From the NCBI GenBank assembly GCA_029762535.1, contig JARVGK010000016.1, positions 1-64,000 on the forward strand: a stretch of 64,000 nucleotides of DNA, read 5' to 3'. A program made the translations under genes and the position numbers. The DNA is from Thermoplasmatota archaeon. Its GTDB lineage: Archaea; Thermoplasmatota; Penumbrarchaeia; Penumbrarchaeales; Penumbrarchaeaceae. This document shows positions 36,182 to 47,801 of this stretch, piece by piece; positions within the stretch are counted from its first letter, which is position 1; every line of letters starts with the position of its first letter. Below the pieces are notes generated by a model. It worked only from the letters and a program-made list of their open reading frames with translations, was not told where the DNA came from and ran no database searches.

Positions 36182-36807
36182 CTCTCGTACTTCCCCCATC
36201 CGATCTCACCTCTGGCATAGGCCTTCAATTCCTTCAGTCCGTCCTCGACACCTCTGACTATGAGCACATCGCCAGCCTTTATCAACCTGTCCCCCTCTAT
36301 CTCGTATATCCATTTGGTACCCCTCCTTATGGCGATGATCCTGGCACCTGTCTCCGCCTCTATTCCGAGATCCCCCACATTTCTCCTGCAAAGGTCCGAA
36401 TCGCTCACTACCCTGAGGGCCCAAATCTTCTCCTCCGCCTCTTTTAGAAAGAACGGGGCGAAGGGCCTGAACTCGATGTCGGAATCCAGTATCTCGACCA
36501 GGTCCTCGGAGGCGTTCCCGATCCTCTCTGCCGCGTTGGCCACCTGAAGGATGCCCGCGAGCTGTTCGGCCTCCTCCCTGGTCCTGGCCGCGAGCAGCAC
36601 GCCGATCCTGACGATGTGTAGCAGGCGGTCCAACTCCTCCTCGAGCTCGCCTACCTGCCTTCCAATATCCTTGCTGTCGAACAGTATCGCCGCGTAGGAA
36701 AGGTCGATTATCTGCTCGGAGAGGTCCTTCATCTCGGTAAGTCCCTCCTTCACGCCCATTGGCTCGTATTCAAGCTTTTTCGACCTTCTCTTGAACAGAC
36801 CCATCAT
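36178..36807 (-). CDS. PhoU + TrkA-C domain protein, tandem paralog
   Basis: EMKDLSEQIIDLSYAAILF, ETGARIIAIRRG. Confidence 0.88.
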   Translation of the reverse strand: MMGLFKRRSKKLEYEPMGVKEGLTEMKDLSEQIIDLSYAAILFDSKDIGRQVGELEEELDRLLHIVRIGVLLAARTREEAEQLAGILQVANAAERIGNASEDLVEILDSDIEFRPFAPFFLKEAEEKIWALRVVSDSDLCRRNVGDLGIEAETGARIIAIRRGTKWIYEIEGDRLIKAGDVLIVRGVEDGLKELKAYARGEIGWGKYER

Positions 36808-36866
36808 TACAACTCCGATACGATCCTTTATCTTCTATTCATTTCATCATAGATAAAACTGACACT

Positions 36867-37718
36867 TCAATCCCCGGTAGTTTCCCTTTCCCCTTTTATC
36901 GTTCTGATGATCCTCTCATATATTTCCGGGCCCGTATCCCTGATGGTCGGACGGTGATGCCTGGATTCGATCAGAGTTTCTCGGGAAAGGGATGAGGTGA
37001 TATCGTCATCCTCGAAGTATTTCCCCTTGGCCATCACCGCACCTCTTGGATCAAGAACGGTGCCTCCACCCCAGAATACCATTCTCCCGTCCGGCCCGAC
37101 CATGTTGGAATAGATGAAATAGCATGTGTTCTCAATGGCCCTGGCAGTCATTATCGATTCGAAAAAGGGTCTTGTAGTGTTGGGAGATGCGGAGATGCAG
37201 ACCAGTGCATCCGCTCCGTTCAATGCGTAATACTTGCACAGCTCCGGAAAGAATATATCGTAGCAGATGAGGACTCCGAACCTTAACCCCTTGAACTCGA
37301 ACATCAAAGGGGCCTTCCCCGGTGTGAAGTATGCCCACTCCTCGAACGGGTCGAAATCGACCAGATGCAACTTTCTGTAATATTCGACCCTTCCTTCCGG
37401 TAGGAAGATCCCTGCAGTGTTGTGCACCTGGCCCCTGATGGAAGGGCTCTTTTCCGGGAATCCGGCGATGATGACCTTGCCTGAATCACGCGATAAGGAG
37501 GAAAGGGCCCCGATCACCGGCCCCTCGCGGTCTAATGAATGCTTGAAGACGTCCCTGCCTAGACCATATCCGGTAAGGAACATCTCGGGAAACACCAGGA
37601 TATTGGATGTTGACGTTTCTACGGCGGCCTCTATTGATCGCATATTATGATCGGGGTCGAAGCGCTTATGGTGCCTCTGAACGATTTGAACAGCGACATC
37701 AACATCATGGACGGGCAT
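36867..37718 (-). CDS. Carbon-nitrogen hydrolase (nitrilase superfamily)
   Basis: Catalytic triad FPEMF, YRKLHL, ICYDIFFPE. Confidence 0.93.
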   Translation of the reverse strand: MPVHDVDVAVQIVQRHHKRFDPDHNMRSIEAAVETSTSNILVFPEMFLTGYGLGRDVFKHSLDREGPVIGALSSLSRDSGKVIIAGFPEKSPSIRGQVHNTAGIFLPEGRVEYYRKLHLVDFDPFEEWAYFTPGKAPLMFEFKGLRFGVLICYDIFFPELCKYYALNGADALVCISASPNTTRPFFESIMTARAIENTCYFIYSNMVGPDGRMVFWGGGTVLDPRGAVMAKGKYFEDDDITSSLSRETLIESRHHRPTIRDTGPEIYERIIRTIKGERETTGD

Positions 37719-37877
37719 CTCACCCGTATGGACTTTGCGCTTATTTCAATCATGCCCCGTTCGTGTTCTACCACAATTTATGTAATATACCAAAACCTTG
37801 ATATACGTTCTCAAGTCTACATATATCGCGGAGCAGACCGGCTTAGAGGCCAGGCACCCACTGAAGGAAGCGATCCC

Positions 37878-38072
37878 ATGACCCGAGATGAGGAGAAGAT
37901 GATCAAGTCCATCGAGGAGCTCCGGACGGAGGTCAGGGAACTTCGCGAGATGGTCAACATGCTTGTTGAGATGATGATACACATGGAGACCATGGATGAT
38001 TCCGGGCCTGATATGGAGAACAACATGATGGGGTATGACAGCCTCCTAAAGAGTGGCAGGTACTGCATGTGA
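37878..38072 (+). CDS. Small coiled-coil hypothetical protein
   Basis: MTRDEEKMIKSIEELRTEVRELREMV, downstream of an AT-rich promoter region. Confidence 0.65.
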   Translation: MTRDEEKMIKSIEELRTEVRELREMVNMLVEMMIHMETMDDSGPDMENNMMGYDSLLKSGRYCM

Positions 38073-38154
38073 TGACGATCCACATCCGAAATCCGGCAAG
38101 TATTTAATTAACGTTTGATTGTTCCCCCCCTAACCTATCATCCGGAGATATCAC

Positions 38155-38424
38155 ATGGTAGAGAAGGCAAACAAGGTCATCAACGCTCCCAAAAGGGCGT
38201 TACTGACCCCGATGCAGTTGTGGCTGAGCGCCAGTTCCATGCTCGCTCTGATCATTGTTCCCGCTTCGATCGGGATGTTCTACATATTCGAACTGGCCAA
38301 ACATCTATTCAAACAGCCGCTTCAATACAGCGCCGTGTATGGCCTTATCTTCGGCATCGTCCTTTCCCTGATAGCCGGATATTTTTACTCCAGGATCGCC
38401 AGGAAGAGGATCGAGAAGGACTGA
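38155..38424 (+). CDS. Small 2-TM membrane protein
   Basis: GGAG RBS, two hydrophobic helices. Confidence 0.7.
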   Translation: MVEKANKVINAPKRALLTPMQLWLSASSMLALIIVPASIGMFYIFELAKHLFKQPLQYSAVYGLIFGIVLSLIAGYFYSRIARKRIEKD

Positions 38425-38482
38425 ATCTGGACCGCATCCTATTTTATACTTAACATCGATTAAGGCCTCGTTCAGTTCAGGT

Positions 38483-41400
38483 GTGGACGTGGCCGAAAAC
38501 GACGATGGATCGGGATCCGGACCGTATCGTGGCCGGACTGGTGGTAGACCGGGCAGAGAGGGCCCTCCATACAAGGTGGATGAGACTCTGGACCGTGTCG
38601 TTTCGGATATCGGGGACAGAACACCCGAATATCGAAGCCGCGCCCGCAAGTTCATCAAGGATGCGAGGAGAAGGCTCGAGGACCTGGATGATAGGGGCGA
38701 GGAGTACACTCAGAGGATGTTTCGTGCTAAACCGGCCGACGCTCTTATGGAGGGCATACTAAAATACAGGGTCCTGAGCTTCATCCTGATAATTCTCATT
38801 GGCCTCTCCCTGGGTTATTTCGGAGTGATCGGCAACGATTACATCGGCAGCGATGATGAGGACCGATTGATAGCGATGCAGTCCAAGATAAGGGGTGATT
38901 TCGAGGTCTATCTTCCGGGCGGATCCGACGCGGAAAAGGTCCTCGCCGAGGTCAAGATCGACTGGTCTACGGACCTGGCGACCCTGATGATCGAGACCCA
39001 GAACAAGTTCGACCCAACTGATGAGACGAATATCACCGACTACAACGTCCTAATAGAGATGTCCAGGATAGAAGAGGCGCTAAACCCCCAAAAGGAGGAC
39101 CGCGGTTCGAACGACGGCATAAATTACGTTTTCTCAATATCCACGATAATAAAGACCCTCCATAACCTCACCAACGCCACTAGCCAAGCGGTGATTGGGA
39201 ACATCCCCTACAACATCGAATTCGATGCGCAGGACGGATCGTTCATTGGCAATTATTCTATACCCACTGATCAGCGGATGATCGACGAGCTCTTCTACCG
39301 CATCCCTCCGAACCAGCTCAACGCATTGGTGGCAGATATCAACAACGACGGCATATACGATTCCGCTCTGATCATGCTCGGCCTCTCGAAGAGCATCGAT
39401 GAGAGAACGCTATTAAAAAGGATCAACAGCTTGATCGAACCGTATTTCGTTGACACCGGGGTCCGCCCCGGAAGCCAGGATACAACTGGCGAATGGTTGG
39501 AGAGATACAACAACGGCGATGTAAACTCCAGGATGACGCTGACCGGCCCGACACCTCTGGCGAGGATGATCTCAGATCGGACCATGAGCGAGATGAAGAC
39601 GGTTCTGCCATGGGCGATGGTGATGGTGTGCGCGTCGCTTCTGATCTTCCACAGAACGTGGAAGATATGGATAATCACGATGGCCCCTGTGACAGTGTCC
39701 CTGATAATGACCTATGGCCTTCTGGGACTTGCGATGGACGTGCTGACACCGCAGGTCGTATTGGTCGCGCCGATATTGATCGCCTTAGGCGTAGCCTACG
39801 GCCTGTACATCGCGAACCGATATTCGGAGGAGATCTCCATCAAGGACAAGGAGCTGAGGATCCGGGCCGCGATAAGGACCACTGGAAAGGCCATCTTCCT
39901 TTCCGCCATGACGACGGCTTTCGGTTTTGGATCGATGCTCACCGTTGACCTGGCAACGATGCAGGTCCTCGGTTTCGGGCTCTCGACGGGCATATTGTTC
40001 TGCTATCTAACCACGATGATCATGACCCCTTCCCTCGTGATATGGCTGAACTATACAAAGGAATCAGGAAAACGTTCAGGAGGATCGAAACCCCGCTCAA
40101 GAAAAATGGGCGATATCCCCCTCAATCACAGCCGTAAGATCATATTGGGGGGGATGGTGCTCGCCATCATATCGATATCCCTCGCTCCCGCTTTCGACAT
40201 ACCCGGTACCGGAGCCAAGATAGGCGGCATGGGCATGGTCAAGGCAAACATGGATTACATCAAGTTATCCCCACAGGACGAACCAGTGGTACAGAAGATG
40301 CGTGAGCAGTCGGATACCTTCGGTTCCGGACAGATAGGGCTCCTGATCATAAGAGGTCAGCCGACCAAGGACACGAATGCCGACGGGATCGATGACTTTG
40401 TCGATAATTCCATCAAGGACATTTCCCTTCTTCATGACCTGGAGACGCTGGGTAACCGAACGAACGGCCCAGACGGAGTTGAGATGGCCCAATCCATTTC
40501 CATCGTTGATATAATGATGATGGTGAACGTCCCCGATTTTACGAACTCGACCTGGTACAAGTCCTTTCTCGATGTTATCAGGAATGCGCCCGGACTCATC
40601 ATAGAGGACCCGGAGAGGATGATAGACGAGTGGGTACGGTCCAATGTTATCGGTAAAAGCTTCTGGGACGCGATCAACACCGTACCGGACGACAACGCGG
40701 CTATCAAGCTCCTTCTGGGAGTTGAACCAAGCCTTTTCCTGATCAATGTATTCTACGATTCCATGGGCGTCGAACTGAGGTCGATGCTAATAAATGATGA
40801 TTATTCCAAGACACTCGCATACATCAACATGCCGAACATGGATATCATAGAGACGGAGGTCGCCGTGAACGAGATGGACGATGTTATTGACGGGATATTC
40901 GATGTCCAGGTGAAGGAAAGCGCGGGAAGTAAGACCACAGCATCGCCCCTTACCGGATTCGGAAAGGTCCTCGTAACGATCAACAATCTCCTCGTGGCGA
41001 ACGCCAACCAATCCACGATAATCGCAATATTGCTTGTGTTCCTCCTGCTATCTCTTGTTCTAAAATCATGGAGGATCGCCCTCGTTACGGTGATACCAGT
41101 GACCTTCGTGGTCTTCTGGCAGTATTTCGCCATTTGGGGAGTGGCCTCGATAGAGGACATCATAAGGCCTGGTCAGAACATGTTCTCGGGAGACCTGAAC
41201 CTTTTCACGGCTCTGATCGGATCCATCATCGTAGGGACAGGAGTGGATTTCTCCATTCACATCACAGAGCGGGTCAGGGAGAGGGGGCTCTCGCTCGAGG
41301 GAGTGAGATATGCAGCTGAGACATCCGGTTGGACGTTCATCGAGGCCACTACAACGATGATAATGGGCCTGACCGCAGTCTTCCTGGTCAACATCCCCTC

Positions 41401-41536
41401 GATAAGGGAATTCATACTCCTGATAATGATCCTGCTCGCGTTCTCCGCGTATGCGGCGATCTTCATCCTAACATCGATCTACAGGCTTTACCTTCCCCGA
41501 TACAATAAGTTGAGGGCCTTGAAGAAGATCAACTAA
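38483..41536 (+). CDS. MMPL/RND family transporter
   Basis: Two repeats of TM1 + large loop + 5 TM, TGKAIFLSAMTTAFGF, GTGVDFSIH. Confidence 0.9.
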   Translation: MDVAENDDGSGSGPYRGRTGGRPGREGPPYKVDETLDRVVSDIGDRTPEYRSRARKFIKDARRRLEDLDDRGEEYTQRMFRAKPADALMEGILKYRVLSFILIILIGLSLGYFGVIGNDYIGSDDEDRLIAMQSKIRGDFEVYLPGGSDAEKVLAEVKIDWSTDLATLMIETQNKFDPTDETNITDYNVLIEMSRIEEALNPQKEDRGSNDGINYVFSISTIIKTLHNLTNATSQAVIGNIPYNIEFDAQDGSFIGNYSIPTDQRMIDELFYRIPPNQLNALVADINNDGIYDSALIMLGLSKSIDERTLLKRINSLIEPYFVDTGVRPGSQDTTGEWLERYNNGDVNSRMTLTGPTPLARMISDRTMSEMKTVLPWAMVMVCASLLIFHRTWKIWIITMAPVTVSLIMTYGLLGLAMDVLTPQVVLVAPILIALGVAYGLYIANRYSEEISIKDKELRIRAAIRTTGKAIFLSAMTTAFGFGSMLTVDLATMQVLGFGLSTGILFCYLTTMIMTPSLVIWLNYTKESGKRSGGSKPRSRKMGDIPLNHSRKIILGGMVLAIISISLAPAFDIPGTGAKIGGMGMVKANMDYIKLSPQDEPVVQKMREQSDTFGSGQIGLLIIRGQPTKDTNADGIDDFVDNSIKDISLLHDLETLGNRTNGPDGVEMAQSISIVDIMMMVNVPDFTNSTWYKSFLDVIRNAPGLIIEDPERMIDEWVRSNVIGKSFWDAINTVPDDNAAIKLLLGVEPSLFLINVFYDSMGVELRSMLINDDYSKTLAYINMPNMDIIETEVAVNEMDDVIDGIFDVQVKESAGSKTTASPLTGFGKVLVTINNLLVANANQSTIIAILLVFLLLSLVLKSWRIALVTVIPVTFVVFWQYFAIWGVASIEDIIRPGQNMFSGDLNLFTALIGSIIVGTGVDFSIHITERVRERGLSLEGVRYAAETSGWTFIEATTTMIMGLTAVFLVNIPSIREFILLIMILLAFSAYAAIFILTSIYRLYLPRYNKLRALKKIN

Positions 41537-41655
41537 GGACTCAACGGTATCCTTCTTAAGAAACCTGACCTAATAATTAAAATAGGTTCAACAATATGGA
41601 AGTCGCCAGTTACCAATATCCACGATGTAATGTAACGACATCATGGAGGAATCGG

Positions 41656-44600
41656 ATGAAACGCGAAGAGTATTTTTCCTTCGGGGCCGCCGTCGTGACG
41701 GTATCCATAGCATTCATGGCGATGATATTGATCCTCGCACTGATGCCCAATAGTGGAACGGACGCAGCACCGGATGTATACAAAAGGGCGGTAGACCTTG
41801 AGATGGAGAAGATATTCGGCCCTTACAAGGGATCGATATCCAACAGCACGTTCGTGGGCGATGGAGACGTTATCGAGTTACTTGTCTATAACGAATCCTC
41901 TCCCCTTGTAACCACCGACAGGCTTGCCGTGGATATCGAAGCAAGGGACGAAGATGACTCCTTGGCCTTCAGATTCACCTTGGAGCTGAACTATTCAGGG
42001 TCTGGAAAGGGATTCACCGGAAATATCACGATCAACAGCACTCTGAGCAATTTCTCATACATCTCTTCCGGGAACGTCGGAGCGGAGATCGGTGCCAGGG
42101 ACAATTACGTCGTCACAGTGTTGCGGCTCGAGCCAAGCGTTCAATCCTTGGGTAATTTTAAGGTAGATGCCGACGGACCAAGTATCGGCTTTAGCCTCAA
42201 CCCATCGAACGTCAGGGAGCTTGACGGCGAAATATACTTCAAGCCATCGACCACATTCCAATTGACGGTCGAGGATACTGACCCGGACGCGGATGGGGCC
42301 TATTTCAAGACCGGGTCGAACACCAGATACAGATGGAACAGCTCTACGTGGAACAACTGGCAGGGGAATGCCATAACCACTCCTTCGACCCATGGGGACC
42401 ATTTGTTGGAGATCGTCGCCATTGACAGGTTCAACCAGACAACGGCCGTTTCGAAAACATTCCACAGCGCCCACTTCCTTTCTGACCTGGACATCGATTC
42501 ACATGTAAGCTATGTGAACACCTCCGTATTCATATCGAACACCAGAATCCTAACGGGCGGCACTTTCGACCTCTACAACTGCACCCTCTCATTCTCTGGG
42601 GATTCCCAGACCCTCATAGTGGAGAAGGGGGGCAGCTTCCTAATGGATGGGCCAGGCAATGCCAGTTCCATTTCGATAATAAGCTCGGTCGGAGTCGATT
42701 ACGAGATTATCTCGCAGAGGGGGTCCTCCCTCTACATCAGGAACACCACGATCCGCTGTGGGATGAACACACTATCACATTCCTTAACCCTAAACACCGG
42801 TATGCTGGACTCGGTCGAGATCGTGGACCTGAAGAACTATTTCCAGATCCGCTCACAAGGCGTCGCGATAATGGATTCGAACATGACCCAGGCCTCATCC
42901 GGAGGAGGGCTAATGATCGATCTCAACCACACCTGGAGCACTAATCCGGTACTGATCAACGGCCTGGTGTCCGAGGGATCGGGGGATACTCCTTTGCTTA
43001 TAAGGAACGCGTCCGTCTGGACCGATCATCTAAACGGGACCGTTTACTACGCGGGGGATTCCAACTCATCTTATCAGTTCGCACTGGATAGGACGTCCTG
43101 GGCACCTTCCACGAACCCATATATCAAGGTCCCTTACTTCATCGATTCCAGATCGAGCAATGCGAGATTGAAGGTCGAATATCTGACCGGAGGAGATACA
43201 TGGAATACGCTCTCCTCCTTCGACAAGCACAGCGCGGTATCCTCTCAGTGGACCAACGGGGATGGGGCCAAGATCGACATCTCATCCACTCCCATCCAGA
43301 CCAGTTTTAGAATATCCTGGTCTACGTTGGATGCCGGAACGGGAGCTGCATATATCCAGAGGCCAAGCTATGGGGATGCCTCCAGAGCCGAGACGTTGGC
43401 GCCTACTGGATCGAACACATGGACGCCAGTTACAGGAAATGGAATGTTGATAAGGTCGGTATCTATCAAGAACGCGAGCCGTACCTTCGTGGAGATATAC
43501 AACAGCGGGATGATAGACATCAACGACCTTATGACGGGTTATCCCGGCCAGGACTCTCCCGCATATCTGGGGATGCTGCTCGATAACTCATCGGTCCATC
43601 TGCGTAATTCCAACATCAATTGTTATAAGGAGGGGGGCATCGGAATTCTCTCCAGGTTCACGGCCGGCGATGACTGGGCCACCACCAAACTGGACAACAC
43701 CAGAGTGGGTTCTCTGGGAAAAAACCTGACCTATTCCATTCATGTCACGGGAGGAAGGATGCTGATCCTGGACGGCACACTCTCCAACGCCAATACGGGC
43801 TTGTTGTCCCAGGGTGCGCACCTGAGAATAGATGGGGTCGAAGCCAGCGTCAAGACCCAGGGCATTGATTTCCATTTGCCCAACAATTATCCATTCCAAA
43901 AGGAATTGGAACTTCGGCGCACCAAGGTCGAGGGTCACACCGGGCCCGCGATACGTGTCGGAGGAGTCGCGAACTCCCATTGGGCCGTTAGATTGACCTC
44001 TTACGATCTCTCCTCGACCAAAACATACACATGGACCCGGGACAGCGGTGTGGGAGCAGTGACGATAGACATACCCGGATCGGGGAGCGTGTCTCTGCTC
44101 TTGCAGGGTAATATCACGGGCGGGCCGGTACACGGGATCGCATTGACGAGGCTGCCGGCCGGATCGACGGTGAACTTCACCGGCATAAGCCGGATCGCTG
44201 AAATGGACCTCGATGGGATCTACGTTCCCATACCCAGAGACGTCAGGATATATTCGACATCGATCGTGGACTGCAAAGGAGCGGGATTGTTCACGGGAAG
44301 CAATGCCGAGATCCTGTATAAAGGTCCGAATTCGGAGGTCAAAGGTAACGGCAAGGAGGGGGTGGCGCTTGGCCAATCCTCAAATCTCCAAATGTACCAG
44401 GTCAAGATCTCGTACAACCTCGATATAGGAGTGGCCATAGGCATCGGGTCCCAGGTCGAGCTTGACGAGGTCGAATCAATGAATAACAGAATGGGTTTGG
44501 ATGTCGCTCCCTCATCCACGGTATCGATCATGTCCTCAAAGTTCAACGGCAATATGGGAAGGGGAGTGTTCGCAAGGAGCGCCGATATAATCTTCGTCCA

Positions 44601-47600
44601 ATCGGTATCCCCATCGCAATGGAGCGAGGTCTCGAACAATATGGATGACGGCCTATTCGTTCAGAGCGGGTCCTTGAACGCGACCAACGTTCAGGTAAGG
44701 TCCAACAACGGGAACGGCATAACGCTTTGGGATGTCGACATAAGAGTTCTCAGGAACTCCTATTCTGCCAGCAACGGCCAGGATGGTATCGAAATACACC
44801 TCGCATCAGCGACCTTGCTCGGTGCGAACAACGAATACTTCTCACTATCAATGGTACAATGCTATGAGAACAACGGGAACGGATTGGTCATAACGACCGA
44901 CCCCACATCCATAACCGGTACCATCGAGGTCAAGCTGGGGAACATGAGCCTGCATTCCAACACGCTTCTGGACCTGTCATCTCCCTCCGGAGTGCATATA
45001 TTCTGGAGGATGACCTCGCTGGACCAGGCCGGGGCGGAACTTACCCAAGGCAGCTTAAGGGGAAATATGGATATCGTCGTCATCTCCGCGGTCTCGCCCA
45101 GTGTCCGTAACGTGGAGTTCGTTTTACTAAAGGACGGGAACAGTATCACGGTCGCGCCCTACGCACAGCTCGAGATGAGGGATGTTAAGATAAGGCCAGC
45201 AAGGAGCGACCACTATTTCGAACTAAACGTTGGAAACATGTCCACCTTCCGCATGATAGGAGGGGGCCTTGAGAATTGCATCGGTTTCGAAGTTATTGAT
45301 TCGATGTTGCTGTCCCTGGACGGAGTTTCCATGGAACATGGCGGATCGACCTTATACCTTATCAACACGACCTTCGATATCAAGGATACGGCTCTTTTCG
45401 ATATGACCGACGCTGCGATCCATGCACAGAGGTCCATGGGGACCATAAGCGGTTCCCATTTCTTCGATTCCCCAGTAGGCATCCTGATACTCGATCCCAA
45501 AGGCCCTATAACGGTCCAGGGGTCGAATTTCGAGAACAACGGGATCGGGATCCATCTTCTCAATTCCAGCACAACCATTCATGTGATCGAAAGCAACTTC
45601 TCGCAGGGACAAAAAGGCATCGTTGCCGAAGGTGGAAATATCACTATGACCGATTGCGATATAGACGAGACAGATATCGAGGTTGCCAACGACGGATACC
45701 GGGTCGAGGTCGGTTATACGATCGCAGCGAAGGTCATCGACGAATTGGATAAGGGCGTCGAATTCTATTTCAACATCACACAGGGAGCCGGGAACGATGC
45801 CCGAACGACAAGCTACTACGTCGGACAGGACGACGGTCATTATCTGGAGAAGGCCTTCGTATCATATGTGGTCCACTACGATAACGTTGATAGGAGGTTC
45901 ATATCGACTTCCGTGATCATCGAATACCAGGATGAAAGAGGATCTTTCCAGTTCATGCACCTGGAAAGAAGGGAGATATTCCTCAACGCATATCAAGCAC
46001 CTGTGAAGACACAATTCTTCAAGAGCAACCTCAATGCCATGGAGGACAGCGGACTGAGGGACGGCCCGGAGGACATCTCCGGCTGGTTCACCGATACACC
46101 TCAGGACCTCCCACTTCTGGTTTTCTCTGTGGAAAGCCTCACTCCTCAGATCACACCCGTGTTGGAGGGTACCTTTCTCGACATCGTTCTTGAGAAGGAC
46201 TGGAACGGAATGGGGGTCATAATGCTGAGCGCGACCGATCCCCATGGAAAATCCTCCACATATCCGATAAACATAAACGTTATCCCCGTAAACGATGTTC
46301 CGATAGCCTCGAACCCCAGGATCCTTGTCCAGGGGAGGGATTCGACAACACCCTACAGCGGAGATACCATAGTCGCCACATGGGATTACTTCGACGTGGA
46401 CGGCGATTCGGAGCCGGCCACTAAGAGGATATTCTGGTGGTTGAACGGCGAGAGAGCCCCCCAGTATGACGGGATAACAGTTATAAATGAAGTCACAGCG
46501 GGCCAGATATGGAACTTCACGGTATATCCAGCCGACCCTCTCTCATTCGGGACGAACAAGTTCGGCCACCCCGTGTCATCCCCGATCGTGATCGTTCGCA
46601 ACATGGCCCCAACGCTTTCCGGGGTCTCACTGACCCCCCAGACACCATATACGGATACCGATCTGAAAGCCGTTCTCGGGGAATGGAACGACCCGGACAC
46701 TTCACTCGTGACCTTCCACTATATGTGGGAGAAGAAGGTTGGTGGCGCGGGTTCTTGGATCGTTCTGAATGCTCCGGACTCCCCGATACTCGACCACTCC
46801 TTCTTCTCCAAGGGCGATGTCATAGGTGTCAAGGCCTGGGTGTTCGATGGATACGATAGAAGCGAGATAGTGACCGATACTATCACGATCGTGAACTCGC
46901 CTCCGCGGATCATCTCTGCAGGATTCGATCCCTCGGTCCTCGACGAGGAGGCACTTTACATCAGGGCTACCGACATCGAGCATTTCGACCCGGATTCGGA
47001 TTACGTGATCTTCGAATTCGACTGGACCATCGAGGGGATCCCCGTTGGAGGTAACTCCGACTACCTGTACAAAACGCCCACCACCTGGAGCTATCCGAAC
47101 AGGGTGAACATCTCCGTCACCATCACCCCGATCGATTCGGAAGGGGCAAAAGGTAACCCGTTGACGTTGAGCATAAAATATACCCCCAAAGAAACGAATG
47201 GAGAGGACCCCGGCATCATCTGGGATTCCGATGGGGACGGTTGGCCTGACACCCATGAACCGCAGTATATGTCACTTTATCCCAACGGGACCTCCAAGGG
47301 CGTCTTTTTCTACCTTGATCCTACTGAATGGAGGGACACCGATGGGGACGGTATCGGGGACAATTCGGACCCTGACATAGACGGGGACGGGATCCCTAAC
47401 GAGCTTGACGCTTTCCCCTACGACAGGAACAGATGGAAGAACGTAGAGGACGAGAACGGAGGATTGAGCTCACTGGAGCTGATATTGATCATAATACTCA
47501 TTTTGCTCATCCTCGTCATCGGGGCTGCCATGTATTCCGTTTACACGGGTATGTTGAAGCTGCCGACGAACGCCCCGCCTGAGATCGCGAGAGGGGGAGA

Positions 47601-47799
47601 AAGGGAGGCCATGATCGAGGAGAAGGGATCCATCGACACCCTCGAAGCCATCGAGGACGAGGATATCGAGGACATGAGGGTTTGCTCGGAATGCGGCGAA
47701 CTGGTCAACCTTGACGACGAATCCTGCCCCAACTGCGGGTCCATTTTCGAGGACTCTGAAGAGGATGAGATGGAGTTCGAGGAAGAGTTCGAAGAGTGA
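41656..47799 (+). CDS. Giant surface protein: beta-helix repeats, Ig-like domains, TSP3-like Ca-binding repeats, TM, cytoplasmic Zn ribbon
   Basis: N..N...GI repeats, VIPVNDVP, DTDGDGIGDNSDPDIDGDG, CSECG..CPNCG. Confidence 0.88.
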   Translation: MKREEYFSFGAAVVTVSIAFMAMILILALMPNSGTDAAPDVYKRAVDLEMEKIFGPYKGSISNSTFVGDGDVIELLVYNESSPLVTTDRLAVDIEARDEDDSLAFRFTLELNYSGSGKGFTGNITINSTLSNFSYISSGNVGAEIGARDNYVVTVLRLEPSVQSLGNFKVDADGPSIGFSLNPSNVRELDGEIYFKPSTTFQLTVEDTDPDADGAYFKTGSNTRYRWNSSTWNNWQGNAITTPSTHGDHLLEIVAIDRFNQTTAVSKTFHSAHFLSDLDIDSHVSYVNTSVFISNTRILTGGTFDLYNCTLSFSGDSQTLIVEKGGSFLMDGPGNASSISIISSVGVDYEIISQRGSSLYIRNTTIRCGMNTLSHSLTLNTGMLDSVEIVDLKNYFQIRSQGVAIMDSNMTQASSGGGLMIDLNHTWSTNPVLINGLVSEGSGDTPLLIRNASVWTDHLNGTVYYAGDSNSSYQFALDRTSWAPSTNPYIKVPYFIDSRSSNARLKVEYLTGGDTWNTLSSFDKHSAVSSQWTNGDGAKIDISSTPIQTSFRISWSTLDAGTGAAYIQRPSYGDASRAETLAPTGSNTWTPVTGNGMLIRSVSIKNASRTFVEIYNSGMIDINDLMTGYPGQDSPAYLGMLLDNSSVHLRNSNINCYKEGGIGILSRFTAGDDWATTKLDNTRVGSLGKNLTYSIHVTGGRMLILDGTLSNANTGLLSQGAHLRIDGVEASVKTQGIDFHLPNNYPFQKELELRRTKVEGHTGPAIRVGGVANSHWAVRLTSYDLSSTKTYTWTRDSGVGAVTIDIPGSGSVSLLLQGNITGGPVHGIALTRLPAGSTVNFTGISRIAEMDLDGIYVPIPRDVRIYSTSIVDCKGAGLFTGSNAEILYKGPNSEVKGNGKEGVALGQSSNLQMYQVKISYNLDIGVAIGIGSQVELDEVESMNNRMGLDVAPSSTVSIMSSKFNGNMGRGVFARSADIIFVQSVSPSQWSEVSNNMDDGLFVQSGSLNATNVQVRSNNGNGITLWDVDIRVLRNSYSASNGQDGIEIHLASATLLGANNEYFSLSMVQCYENNGNGLVITTDPTSITGTIEVKLGNMSLHSNTLLDLSSPSGVHIFWRMTSLDQAGAELTQGSLRGNMDIVVISAVSPSVRNVEFVLLKDGNSITVAPYAQLEMRDVKIRPARSDHYFELNVGNMSTFRMIGGGLENCIGFEVIDSMLLSLDGVSMEHGGSTLYLINTTFDIKDTALFDMTDAAIHAQRSMGTISGSHFFDSPVGILILDPKGPITVQGSNFENNGIGIHLLNSSTTIHVIESNFSQGQKGIVAEGGNITMTDCDIDETDIEVANDGYRVEVGYTIAAKVIDELDKGVEFYFNITQGAGNDARTTSYYVGQDDGHYLEKAFVSYVVHYDNVDRRFISTSVIIEYQDERGSFQFMHLERREIFLNAYQAPVKTQFFKSNLNAMEDSGLRDGPEDISGWFTDTPQDLPLLVFSVESLTPQITPVLEGTFLDIVLEKDWNGMGVIMLSATDPHGKSSTYPININVIPVNDVPIASNPRILVQGRDSTTPYSGDTIVATWDYFDVDGDSEPATKRIFWWLNGERAPQYDGITVINEVTAGQIWNFTVYPADPLSFGTNKFGHPVSSPIVIVRNMAPTLSGVSLTPQTPYTDTDLKAVLGEWNDPDTSLVTFHYMWEKKVGGAGSWIVLNAPDSPILDHSFFSKGDVIGVKAWVFDGYDRSEIVTDTITIVNSPPRIISAGFDPSVLDEEALYIRATDIEHFDPDSDYVIFEFDWTIEGIPVGGNSDYLYKTPTTWSYPNRVNISVTITPIDSEGAKGNPLTLSIKYTPKETNGEDPGIIWDSDGDGWPDTHEPQYMSLYPNGTSKGVFFYLDPTEWRDTDGDGIGDNSDPDIDGDGIPNELDAFPYDRNRWKNVEDENGGLSSLELILIIILILLILVIGAAMYSVYTGMLKLPTNAPPEIARGGEREAMIEEKGSIDTLEAIEDEDIEDMRVCSECGELVNLDDESCPNCGSIFEDSEEDEMEFEEEFEE

Positions 47800-47801
47800 T
47801 C